Shown here piece after piece: positions 13,251 through 25,925 of a DNA stretch of 64,000 nt. The stretch is taken from positions 64,170,001-64,234,000 of the forward strand of contig NC_043009.1 of the NCBI RefSeq assembly GCF_006345805.1, in the 5' to 3' direction. Source of the DNA: Octopus sinensis (lineage: Eukaryota). The notes under the pieces are model-generated. The model ran no database searches, was not told the DNA's origin, and saw only the letters and a list, made by a program, of their open reading frames with translations. The stretch's first letter is position 1. The number at the start of each line of letters is the position of its first letter. The position numbers were made by a program, and so were the translations under genes.

Positions 13251-13581
13251 AAGTCTATATCTAGAATTTACCATTCTTAATGAGGTATTAATAACAAGCA
13301 TTTATAATATTACTTGAAGGCTCTAAACGTGGAAAGAGTCACTGGATAACATCCAACTCGGTGATTAACTGCTCCTTATTTGCATCATTACTAACAAATT
13401 TGTATGATTGGAACCATTCTGCTTTCTCAACCTTGATGACTTCTAAGTCCAATTCGTTTTATTCCTCCACCCCATTTCTCCCCTCCTGTCTCTCACACTC
13501 CTAATCAGAAATAATAAGAAGCCATTTAAAGGCGACCAGCTGGAGTCACAAAATTGTTTAATAATATTTGTTTCAGCTGAG

Positions 13582-14728
13582 GGCGGCGAGCTGGCAGAAA
13601 CGTTAGCACGCCGGCCGAAATGCGTAGCCGTATTTTGTCTGCCGTTACGTTCTGAGTTCAAATTCCGGCGAGGTCGACTTTGCCTTTCAACCTTTCGGGG
13701 TCGATTAAATAAGTACCAGGGGTCGATATAATCGACTTAATCCGTTTGTCTGTCCTTGATTGTCCTCTGTGTGTTTAGCCCCTTGTGGGTAGTAAAGAAA
13801 TAGGTATTTTGACTGTCTTTTACGTTCTGAGATCAAATTCCGCCGAGGTCGACTTTGCCTTTCATCCTTTCGGGGTCGATTAAATAAGTACCAGTTACGC
13901 ACTGGGGTCGATATAATCGACTTAATCTGTTTGTCTGTCCTTGTTTGTCATCTCTGTGTTTAGCCCCTCGTCGGTAGTAAAGAAATAGGTATTTTGACTG
14001 TCTTTTACGTTCTGAGATCAAATACCGCCGAGGTCGACTTTGCCTTTCATCCTTTCGGGGTCGATTAAATAAGTACCAGTTACGCACTGGGGTCGATATA
14101 ATCGACTTAATCCGTTTGTCTGTCCTTGTTTGTCCTCTCTGTGTTTAGCCCCTTGTGGGTAATAAAGAAATAGGTATTTTGACTGTCTTTTACGTTCTGA
14201 GATCAAATACCGCCGAGGTCGACTTTGCCTTTCATCCTTTCGGGGTCGATTAAATAAGTACCAGTTACGCACTGGGGTCGATATAATCGACTTAATCCGT
14301 TTGTCTGTCCTTGTTTGTCCTCTCTGTGTTTAGCCCCTCGTAGGTAGTAAAGAAATAGGTATTTTGACTGTCTTTTACGTTCTGAGATCAAATTCCGCCG
14401 AGGTCGACCGTGCCTTTCATCCTTTCGGGGTCGATTAAATAAGTACCAGTTACGCACTGGGGTCGATATAATCGACTTAATCCGTTTGTCTGTCCTTGTT
14501 TGTACTCTCTGTGTTTAGCCCCTCGTAGGTAGTAAAGAAATAGGTATTTTGACTGTCTTTTACGTTCTGAGATCAAATTCCGCCGAGGTCGACTGTGCCT
14601 TTCATCCTTTCGGGGTCTATTAAATAAGTACCAGTTACGCACTGGGGTCGATATAATCGACTTAATCTGTTTGTCTGTCCTTGTTTGTACTCTCTGTGTT
14701 TAGCCCCTTGTGGGTAGTAAAGAAATAG
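13582..14728 (+). repeat. Head-to-tail array of six SINE-A-derived units (185-bp period)
   Basis: The B-box region recurs near 13651, 13826, 14011, 14196, 14381 and 14566. The ORF track shows the same 185-bp offset. Confidence 0.92.
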
Positions 14729-15088
14729 GCATTGAAATAAGAAGAACAGATGGTTGCGGTTTCGTTTTCTTTTAAAATCCACTCAAATTTAGTTAGCGTT
14801 ATCGGAATTGATTCCAGCATATAACTGGTACTTTATTGTATTACCGTTAAAAGTTTTGAAAAGGAACAATACACACACTTTCCAGCGGTTCCTTTTAATT
14901 TTTATGTATGATTTACATTATGGTGCTTAGAACCTGTGCCAACCCTATTGTGTGTGTGTATGTATGTGTATATATGTACATGTGCGTGTGCGTGTGTGTA
15001 TATGTATATGAATACATATATACGTATATGATTGTATATGTTATATGCATGTATTTGTACATATCTGTATATATATGTATGTGTTTGC

Positions 15089-15134
<46 letters not shown>

Positions 15135-16320
15135 GTATATGTGTGTGTGTATATATGCGTGCTTACGTGGGCCTTTACATGTACATATGTTTATTTCTGT
15201 AGACACGTGTCTGTGTGTATGTGTATGTGTCTGTGTCTGTGTATGTGCGTATTTCTTTATTTGCGTATACACTTGTATATGTTGCATATGTGCATATGTG
15301 TAAACGTGAATGAGAGCGTGCCTGTGTATGTATACACTTATCGACATGTCCTTGTCTTTCTCATATGTGTGGTTATGAACACCCACTTGTTTATCTATTC
15401 TAAACTATATTTATACATGTGTGTGTTTGTGTTTATGTGTATGTGTGTGTGTGTGTGCTCGTGTGGATATATATATGTGTGTATGTATATATGCGAGCAT
15501 GCGTATTGATGTCCTTTGTTCTATGGGACTAGGCGACCTTTGCCCCGCTGCCTATTTACTCATATAAATTTGAAGACAGCACACTAGCACTCCACTGAAA
15601 TCTATCTTTGATATTTTGATGATAAGGTTTTTATTGCCTCAATACATATCCTGACATTCGCCACAATGATAGCAAATCTTTTCCTATTTTTACTCCTCTT
15701 TTTCCCACACCCTCCAACCTTGCATAAAAACGTTCATTGATTGTTTAAAGTTACTTTCTTTTTGTTCTTCTTATTGACTTTTCTAGTCATATGGAATTCC
15801 TTGCGGCAGTGTAAACTTCATTGATATAATTTCAACCTGACGACAAGCTACGCTGCGGAGAATTCGTTACGTAATACTCGCACAATGAGCTTCAGCTGGT
15901 TACGAAACATACGTAGCTTACATTTTACCTGTTCTACTCCTTTGAATTTTGGATTATATATATATATATATATATATGTGTATGTATATATGTATGTATG
16001 TATGTATATGAAAATTTGTTTTGGGGTTTGAATCTAAAAAAAACGCGTAGTAGTTTTTAAAAAGATTATTCACAAACCAAACTAGTTTCGACATTTTTTG
16101 CTTATCAATGGTACACATACATACACACACGCACACACAGACACACACACACAGACTCACACACGCACACATACACACACGCACACATATATTTGTATCA
16201 TTAATAAGTAAAAGATTGTCGAAACTAGTTTGCTATGTATATAAATCTTTTTATAAAATACTACAAGTTTTTTTAAAATTCAGGTGCATTTTCATACCCC
16301 AAAGCAAATTCTCGTATACA

Positions 16321-16356
<36 letters not shown>

Positions 16357-16423
16357 TATGTATATACACACACACACATATATATATATATATGTATATA
16401 CACACACACACACACACATATAT

Positions 16424-16481
<58 letters not shown>

Positions 16482-16914
16482 TGTCAAAAAGGCGGCGAAC
16501 TGGTAAGACTATTAGCATGCCGGACAAAATGTTTAGCATCATTTACGTTCGAATTTTGCCAAGGTCGAATTTACATTTTAATCATTTCGAAGTTGACTAA
16601 ATAAGTATCAGTGGAACATAGTTTATCACACGTGTGGTTACAATTATGAGCATGGCAATCGGCACATTTTCTAATTGCCTTAAATGTTTGATCTAACAGT
16701 CAAGTTGGGTTAAGTTCCTAATTTCTTATGAATTAAACAGAACATTATAGTAATTTAGTATTGGTATATTGATAATTTATGCGCTATTGTCATTTTCGTC
16801 ATGGGAAATGATCTCAGTTTCATGTGCTAAGTAATCTGTCTGTATGCTAATGTCGCCAAGTATTTCACATTCACATTTTCGCAAACAGACGGACGTCCAT
16901 AAGAATATTACATG

Positions 16915-17719
16915 GAAAAATGCGAACAAAAGAAATAATATTCTTAAGATTATAAACCTGGAAAATTACAGGACAAGTTATTACACTTGGAACAGTTCAG
17001 GACAATTTATTACATCTGGTAAAGTAGAGAACAAGAACATTTTTACTTAGCTTTTTTAAAAACTAAATATTTTATTACAAGTTATTACTTCTATTTGTTA
17101 TTATTTGTTACTTCTATTAAAAATGAAAAATAACTCAAAATATTTTTTGCATTTAAAAAAATTCACTTTTTAAAATTATTAATTAATAATTAGAAATTTG
17201 AAAATAAGTTATATAAATAATAGTAGTATATAATTAGTTAGTACAATAAATAGAATTATTCAAAAATTAGTTGTACATTACAGTAAAATCTACCTAATAC
17301 AAATTCACAGTGAAATTTGATTCAATTATTGCCAAGTCTTCACCTTTTTAGTCTTGACCCAATGCCTATTTTTTACATAATGAATTTTCCTACCATATAT
17401 ACTATTCTACTTTGCATAAAACTTTAGCTGTATTGGTACTTCTGGCTCTCATTTTTTAAGTATTCTAGTGTGTCAATATTTTAACAAAATGATGGTACCT
17501 TTTTTTTAAAAATTATAATGTTACTTTGTAAATTAAAATCAAATAATTTTTAATATTCAAATTTTATCCTTAGCTGCAACCTTTTAGCTAAAATTTTTCT
17601 TGTTCTCTACTTTACCAGACGTAATAAGTTGTCCTGAACTTTTCCAAGTGTAAAAACTTGTTCTGTAATTTTCCAAGTTTATAATCTTAAGAATATTATT
17701 TCTCTTGCTCGCATTTTTC
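16915..17719. mobile_element. Foldback element with 123-bp inverted arms and an AT-rich spacer
   Basis: 16915-17037 vs the reverse complement of 17597-17719 shows about 8 mismatches (counted by eye). Confidence 0.8.
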
Positions 17720-19022
17720 TAGGCTAAGCTATTATGCTAATTAATAATGTGTCAATTAGCGGTGTCATTGATAATTTTTTCCTTACCTCAATGACGCCGC
17801 ACCCTCAAATTTGAGAAACAAACACTCATAACCTTTTTCTTTTAAAACTTCATTGCATGAGATTGATGCCAATGAAACTCCTCGAATTGAGTTCTATAAC
17901 TTAAGCTTAAATAAAATGTAGTTTGTTTTTAGAATTAAGAAGTTAATTATGCTTAAATCCAATTTTTTGCCTTGTATTTCTTTTCATGATATTTTACCTT
18001 ACAACTTTTTTTATACAAATTTTTGTTGCATGGGACGAAAACTATGAAATTCCTCGTGCTTTCTTCTATCATTTAAGCTAAGATAAATATATTTTGCTTT
18101 TAAATAAAAAAATGTTATGTAGAGCTAAACTTGATTGGTGGCGTTACTTGCTGTCCAATAGCGTTGCTACAAATTTTAATGTAAACTTTTTTTTTACTGG
18201 ATCAAATCTCAATTTTTTCATGCCAAAATGTAGCTAAGGACCACTCCTCTGCAAATATGTCAACAGGTTTCAATTTGTTTAAGAACTGAATCAGCGACAA
18301 GTTCTGAAAGATACTGCGTGTGAGTAAATTGCGGCCTTAAGAATGGTGAGTAAATTGCGGCCTTATCATCATTCAATTACTACCGCAGTTGAATGACAAT
18401 AGAACTATTTGTGGCAGCAAAATGGGTTGTAGATCAACTTTACTACCTTATTACTCTTACGGTTGGCTTATGTGACATCGTTGCACGTTTTTTAGGAGCG
18501 ATTTTTGGTCAACAATTTATGTTTTGAATTATTTTCTTGCAAATATAACCGATCGTAATCAAGAGTTGTAGCAGATATCTACCAAGATAACCACTGCAAC
18601 TCGCAGTAGAACAGGAGAATTCCCATTTATGCGAGTCGAGGAGCGGTAGCACTACTGAGAAAGGACCGAAACTGGAGGAATCACATTAAAAGTTTTCTGT
18701 CCATGACTCAGCTAAACTCAGATTTCAAAATTTTGGCCAAAGTGGTAGCCAAGTGGTGGACGTTTTTTGTCAATGCTCTGATTGGTGGTACGCAAACACG
18801 CCACCCACAACAGTTCTCATCCACAACAACTACGACATCATACAATAATTCATACTGAAGGTGGGTAAGGAACATAGTATGGCTGGGACTCTAATTACGC
18901 CAAGTCAATCAAAGGCTTTCGATACTGTCATGCACTAGGTCAATCAAGGGAATTATTAATTATATATTCAATCTCAATTAACTCAAATATTTTCGGTATC
19001 ATCATCATCATCATCATCATTA

Positions 19023-19736
<714 letters not shown>

Positions 19737-19794
19737 TATTATTATTATTATTATTATTTTATTATTATTATCATCATTATTATTATTATTATTG

Positions 19795-20400
19795 CTTCGT
19801 AACACAATGCAGGTAAAAATGTACCGGAGCCTTTAGTCATCTGTCAAGTCACAACAAGGACCTCAGACAGATAATATTTCCCTTAAGATGTGCGCTGTGC
19901 CCAATAAGGCTGCATTTTGCAAGACATCAATATTGGATGGGATTTCCAGTTGCCTTAAGAAGTTTCGTAGCTTCAATGGGATTGAGCCCAATGCTCCGAT
20001 CACCACTGGTATCACTTTTACATTACCCTCTCACATTTCATACAGTCTAGCCAGTTCCACTTTCACTTCGGAGTACTTAGTGATTTTTTCAACCTCTTTG
20101 CTCAAAACATTCGTGTTATTTGGTATGGCTACATCAATGATCTGACAGTATTTGTCTCTCTTATTCAATATGACAATATCCGTCCGACGGTGTTCGATTA
20201 CAAGATCCGTCTGAAAATCATAGTCTCATAGAATCGTTACTTTTCCATCCTCCTCCATAACTTTACTTGGTACATACTCATACCAGTTCTCTGTTACTTC
20301 ATATTGGTATTTACGGCATAAGAGCCAATAAAGATACACATGACAGGGCCATGTGCGAATAACAACGAAAGATGTCATTGCACAGGTATCAAAACTGCAA
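19795..20400 (-). mobile_element. 5'-truncated R4/Dong-type non-LTR retrotransposon (restriction-like endonuclease C-terminus, with stops)
   Basis: Minus translation: YWLLCRKY...TDLVIEHRRTDIV...IIDVAIPNNTNVLSKEVEKITKY...VIPVVIGALGSIP...LQNAALLGTAHILREIL*. A short 3' UTR and (AAT)n follow. Confidence 0.85.
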
Positions 20401-20449
20401 AAGTAACGATTCTATGATTATTATTCTATGTATTATTATTATTATTATT

Positions 20450-21007
20450 GAGTGAGCGAGCACAGCACGCCATCAAAGTGACACTGGGGTAAAATATACG
20501 AAGCCCAATATATCCATCATGACTACCCGTCTGATAAAGGTACACCAGGCACATGCATCACAACCATATGTGCGCGACATGGTGATCTCATATCAAGATA
20601 AACAGCACATGACCTTGCAGGTGGGGCCCAGTTAGAATTTTCTTCAGGTTGAGTAGCCCATCCCGCTCAAAAGGTCCCTGAATAAGGATTGTTTAAGGAT
20701 GTTGAAAGAACCACCCATGTTTCCAGAGGTGAATTATTCAAACCCCAAAGAATCCCTCTCAACACATGGCTATGATGCTCCCCCACTACTTCTGCTCGTG
20801 ATCAGAGATGCACATATCGTCAGCCACTAAGGGACATGCTCAACTGGTTACGGTCAAACAACTGACAAGCAAATCTGTGGTATTGAGCAGAATATTTGCT
20901 GTAGCCCATCTTTTATACCAAGACAAAACAATGTACATGATAACACTTCCAATCAATTAAGATCAGAAGCCATGAGAGCCACTGCCTGGTACTGCATCAG
21001 GGCATTT
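20450..21007 (-). mobile_element. ~555-bp non-coding element with an (AAT)n tail, copy 2
   Basis: Near-identical to 19079-19635, in the same orientation. Confidence 0.85.
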
Positions 21008-21011
21008 ATTT

Positions 21012-21052
<41 letters not shown>

Positions 21053-21853
21053 AGCAGCAAGCTGGATGAAATGCTCGTCGGTATATTATGAGTTCAAATT
21101 CCGCCGTGGTCGACTTTGCCTTTCATCCTTTCGGGATCGATTAATTAAATGCCAGTGAAATACTGGGGTTGATCTAATCGACTCATCTCCTCCCCCCAAA
21201 TGGCTGCCAATGTGATAAAATTTTAAACGAAATGCCTTAAATATAGGCGAGTGTGTGAAGGAATACATATTACATTTGTCAGACAGGTTAGTCCTTAGGG
21301 GAGAGCAACGCTACATAATTAAAGAAAGCATGCGTAATTTAAGTGTAAGCAAATTAGATTACGAATATGAAACATCTGTTTGATTATAATTATGTAGATT
21401 CTAATTTCGTTTGATGTCATATGTGCAATCTGTTTTTCAATTGCAACGTTTAATGGTTTAACACCAAACATATGTTGTAGATTTTATAAATAAATTATAA
21501 TTTATTCATAAAATTAAAATTATAATTTACTTATGAATTATATGACTATTCATTAACTTAATTCTGACTGCATATGTAATGGATAAATGCATATTTGTAT
21601 AATAGTTAATGTTTTCAAAAGTGAATTAAAGAGTAATTTATTTAACAGTTGTGCCGGATCTGTTTGGTGTTGCACATCAAACACAAAGCGTAGGATGGGT
21701 ATGATGCAACTCGATTGTTTGAACAAAGAGCAGCGAATTGCAGGAGTCATTTGAGTGTCGCATAGAAAGCCTTTCGATATGGTCTATCTCACTGCATTCA
21801 AGTTCGAATCTCATCGAAACTAGCTGAGCAAATTCGAAGGACAAATTTCGAAA

Positions 21854-22247
21854 TCTTTATATATAAAAGTGAAGTTGTGTGTCTGTCTCCTACGATTTAG
21901 ATTCCTAACTACTCCCACATTTTGCGGTGCAGTTTAACCAAAACCGGGTATCTTATAGTCGTGATTCATATCGAACCCTTCTGGGTATTAGCGCGCGTCT
22001 ACGATGAGTCTACGATTTAAAAAAAAATTACCATAATTTTTTTCCATTTTAATGCATTTTTTCGCTATTATATAAGGGAAGTAACTCCCTAAAAATGTCT
22101 ACGATAAGTCAACGATTTAAAAAAAAATTTACCATCATTTTTTCCATTTTAATGCATATTTTTGCTATTTTTTGGCTATAACTCTCTAAAAATGCTTATA
22201 TAGTTATTTCCCTTACAAACCCGAGTAACGCCGGGCGATACTGCTAG
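21854..22247 (+). mobile_element. Non-autonomous Helitron-like element
   Basis: Inserted between A and T. 5' end TCTTTATATATAAAA; 3' end has a GC-rich subterminal CCCGAGTAACGCCGGG followed by CTAG. Confidence 0.75.
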
Positions 22248-22950
22248 TTTGAAATAAAAAAAAAAGAAATTCGGATTATAATGTAAAAATGGTTTTTAAA
22301 AGTTTGGCACAAGGCCAGCAATTTTGGGAAAGTGGATTTACAGTGACCTCAGAATTCAACTGGTACTAATTTTTATCGACTCCTAAAGGATTAGGGTCAA
22401 AGTCGATCACGGCGGAATTTGAACTCATAACGTAAAGACGGACGAAATGCTACTAAGCGTTTTGTTCGGAGTGCTAACGATTTTGTCAGCTCGCCTCCTG
22501 GGGTTATGATGATATAATAATGGCGTTTAAAACATTTGTTCGAGGACTAATGTTTATTCTGAATTTTGGTATGGAGAGTTATTTGTTACTAGGTCTAGCA
22601 GACCCATCTTGTACAGATGCACGAGAAACGAGTGACTTAACATAAGAGTGGAGGGAAATTAACAAAGGACACAATCCATTTTAAAACAATAGTTGAGCGA
22701 ACACCAGTATGTTAGTTGCCGTCCCTCTGCGTTGAGCAAACTGAGTGAAAATAATCAAGAATGAAGTCAGACCCGAGGTTTATCTATTCTTACGAGGCGT
22801 CAAACACAACCTAGTCGTTATCCACCAACCGCATTCAAGAAATCTATTGAGGAGGCGATTGTGGTTGTCATGGAACATTTTTTATTGAAGTAGCTCAGTG
22901 AACCAAGATGGAATTGCAGTGAGAGGATACAGAATGACTTTTATCATAAA

Positions 22951-23351
22951 CTAGCAGTATCGCCCGGCGTTGCTCGGGTTTGTAAGGGAAATAACTATAT
23001 AAGCATTTTGAGAGAGTTATAGCCAAAAAATAGCAAAAAAATGCATTAAAAATGGAAAAAAAATGATGGTAAATTTTTTTAAAAATCGTTGACTCATCGT
23101 AGACATTTTTAGAGAGTTACTTCCCTTTTTTTAATAGCGAAAAAAATGCATTAAAATGGAAAAAAAATGATGGTAAATTTTTTTTTAAATCGTAGACTCA
23201 TCGTAGACGCGCGCTAATACCCAGAAGGGCTCGATATGAATCACGACTATAAGATACCCGGTTTTGGTTAAACTGCACCGCAAAATGTGGGAGTAGTTAG
23301 GAATCTAAATCGTAGGAGACAGACACACAACTTCACTTTTATATATAAAGA
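22951..23351 (-). mobile_element. Non-autonomous Helitron-like element, inverted second copy
   Basis: Reverse-complement match to 21854-22247 with the same termini. Confidence 0.75.
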
Positions 23352-24254
23352 TGAAGAGAAACAAGCTGATTTGATGTCTCGGGGTGGGGGAGGCTATAAG
23401 ATAGAGGAGTAGAGAGATCAGGGGTAAAGGTCAACTGGTTGTAATGGTGTCAGCTGAAAAAAATATAAAAATATTGAAAGTTTATGTTCATTGGGAATAA
23501 ATCAAATCTTATTTAATTTATTATCGCTAGATTCAAATAGAGTGAAGTATAACATATTTAGATAAAATAAAATAAAATAAGATAAGATAAAGTGGAGTAA
23601 ATAAATAAGCTGAATAAATAAAGCAGATAAAGTAAGTATATAAATTTAATTCAACTGGAGTTAAATTCTGACTATTATAAGTGAAGGCTGGAAATGTAAT
23701 AAGTGGTCGCTAAAGGAGTTGTTACATATGTTGAGTTAAGAGAGAAGGATAAAGTAAAAGAAAATAAGGTAAGGCGAATATATTAATTGAAGTAAGCTTA
23801 TGTCATGTCACATCTATGTTTCAGTGAAAGTAACGTGTAAGAGGGGATACACACACACACACACGGATACTTTATACATACATACATAAATACATACTTG
23901 ATGACTTCCCCCTCGTTATCGAGTATGGCCATTGCACGAAGTTTAACTGTTACTGGTGCTGTGATCGAATGTGACGTTTTAGCCCAGCTAAAGATCTACA
24001 ATATCTTGTACAGAATTGGCAGCTAAAACCTTTACCGGCAATAGCCGGCTGTAGTTGTAACTGGGCTTCATGTACCTTTGCATGTAGTTCAAGTCCTCCT
24101 GCCGAATTACACTCTCTTCCACATACCTGTCAGGCATGTGGAAATCCATCCATCCATCCATCCATCCATACATACATACATACATACATACAAAGGAATA
24201 TGGTAGATTGAAATGCGTAGGAGAAGGGAGGTTCAACGGTCAGGTATGAAGAAG

Positions 24255-24700
24255 AATTGTCGTCTTAAATTTGTGTTCAAATCTAAAGATCTTTAAGAAT
24301 CTACGCGCACACGAGGAGAACGCTTCATGTTTGTTTAATAATTGTTTTGGTTTATGTAACAGTATTTGTACAGATTCTTTCAAGCATAACCAACATGGAG
24401 CATTTTGGCTCCGGTATGGTGGACCCGAGTCAATAATGGACCAAGCAATATATAGTGTGGTATATCTTTTTCTTAAGGTAATAATTAAAAGTAATGAGAA
24501 GTAGATTTACTGTGTTTTTCATATTTGAAAGAATTTATATGTGCTGCGCATCGTTGCTCAAAATTAACAGCACTTGCAATATAAACCTTGGTCGGGTTTT
24601 GCTGTCCATCTAGGACCAAGCGTTAAATGTTCCGCAATAGGTTTGTAATAGACAGTTATCCAGTATTTTGAAGTTACAATTCGAGCTATTTAGTTCAGGA
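24255..24700 (-). mobile_element. Penelope-like element remnant (GIY-YIG endonuclease, frameshifted)
   Basis: Minus translation pieces: VYIASAVNFEQRCAAHINSF and IAWSII..GPPY..NAPCWLCLKE..ILLHKPKQLLNKHE..SSC. Confidence 0.75.
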
Positions 24701-24794
24701 TTCTTTCTATTTCTGTTGGTGTGACTAGAAAACCTATGAAAGGTTAAGTTAGGTCCGTTTGAATCGTTACCCTTCATAAATACTATTTATTCTA

Positions 24795-25060
24795 TTCTGT
24801 TGTGTCATTTTCTTTTTGTACCTTATAAAATTTCCACTTTTTTCTTATTTTTATTTTCCTAAAATTTTCGTTGCGTCTTGCAACATTTTCAATAGTCTTG
24901 ACTCTTAAAAATAAGAAAAGAAAGTGGAAATTTTACCGGTGAGTGTGTTACATTATAAGGCACAAAAAGAAAATGACTCTCCCCAGACACAACAGAATAT
25001 GCTTCAACACACGAACCCACATAAAGAATCTTGCAAACGAAATCCCAAAACGAAATATTT
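24795..25060. mobile_element. Palindromic MITE-like family (GTGTCTGGGGAGAGTCATT ends). Other copies: 29335-29478 (half), 33567-33890
   Basis: Internal inverted arms and a shared tail TTCAACACACGAAC..ATAAAGAATCTTGCA. Confidence 0.7.
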
Positions 25061-25225
25061 TTTCTATATTATCCGTGTCATTATTATAAGTATTGGTGAT
25101 AGAAAACGTAGGTGTTCGTTTCCCTTGAGAGATGGTTAAACCTGCACGGTTGCCGTGGTTGGGTGATGTAATCACTACCGTCGTAACTAGTACTACTGTT
25201 ATTATGTTATTATTATTATTATTGT

Positions 25226-25259
<34 letters not shown>

Positions 25260-25266
25260 TCTTCTT

Positions 25267-25333
<67 letters not shown>

Positions 25334-25574
25334 AACATAAGGAATATTCCCCTTCTTCAGTTGTCCCTGTTTCATCTACTCCGCGTTTCGAAGTCATATA
25401 TATATTACCTGTGCTCTAATGTGTGTATAAATGTACAGTCACAACCTCACGTTCCAACCAGGCTCGGATCTACATCAGAAAAACGATGCTACCGATATCT
25501 TTCTCAAATAGGACTCCTTAATAGTCCACTTTCTTCGTCACCCACGTACACCTTATACCTTTCCAGTTCTATAT

Positions 25575-25703
25575 TTAAAAGATGTACATTATTTACATTA
25601 TTTACATTTGACGGATATTTGTCCTCATCTTGTTTGTTGTTAACACAACGTTTCGGCTGATACACACTCCAGTCTTCATCAGGTGTCTTGGGCAAATTTC
25701 GAA

Positions 25704-25708
<5 letters not shown>
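25575..25708 (-). mobile_element. Short element carrying a minimal type I hammerhead (25642-25687)
   Basis: The minus strand reads GACAC-CUGAUGA-A-GACUG-n10-CAGCC-GAAAC-GUU-GUGUU. An inverted copy lies at 25790-25925 and another copy at 57140-57290. Confidence 0.75.
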
Positions 25709-25768
<60 letters not shown>

Positions 25769-25789
25769 GTAATAATAATAATAATAATA

Positions 25790-25925
25790 CTACCTTAGGA
25801 ATGAAGACCCAGGCTCGAAATTTACTCAAGACACCCGATGAAGGCTGGAGGGTATATTGACCGAAACATTGTGTTAACAACAAACAAGATGAGGACAAAT
25901 ATCCGTCAACGGTAAATAACTTTAT
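25790..25925 (+). mobile_element. Inverted copy of the minimal-hammerhead element, core degenerate (CCGAUGA, AUU)
   Basis: Reverse-complement match to 25575-25708 across the (AAT)n tract. Confidence 0.75.

Noticed and set aside
11511-13317. Long ORFs of 100-420 aa on both strands (poly-H/M/S/I; CV/HT repeats)
   Set aside because: They are translations of (GAT)n and the CA-rich minisatellite, with no splice or domain support.
13582-13670. tRNA-like A/B boxes in the SINE heads
   Set aside because: No complete cloverleaf; they are parts of dispersed SINEs, so no tRNA gene is called.
13705-14782. Repeated 84-aa ORFs and a regularly spaced array suggesting CRISPR or tandem genes
   Set aside because: Eukaryotic context, no unique spacers; these are antisense frames of tandem SINE units.
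15835-15920. CUGACGA...GAAAC..GUA on the plus strand
   Set aside because: The flanking inverted repeat pairs across the core, and no valid helix I or II forms.
14902-16604. Clusters of 76-157 aa ORFs here, and likewise at 28630-29586
   Set aside because: TG/TA/TATG microsatellite translations.
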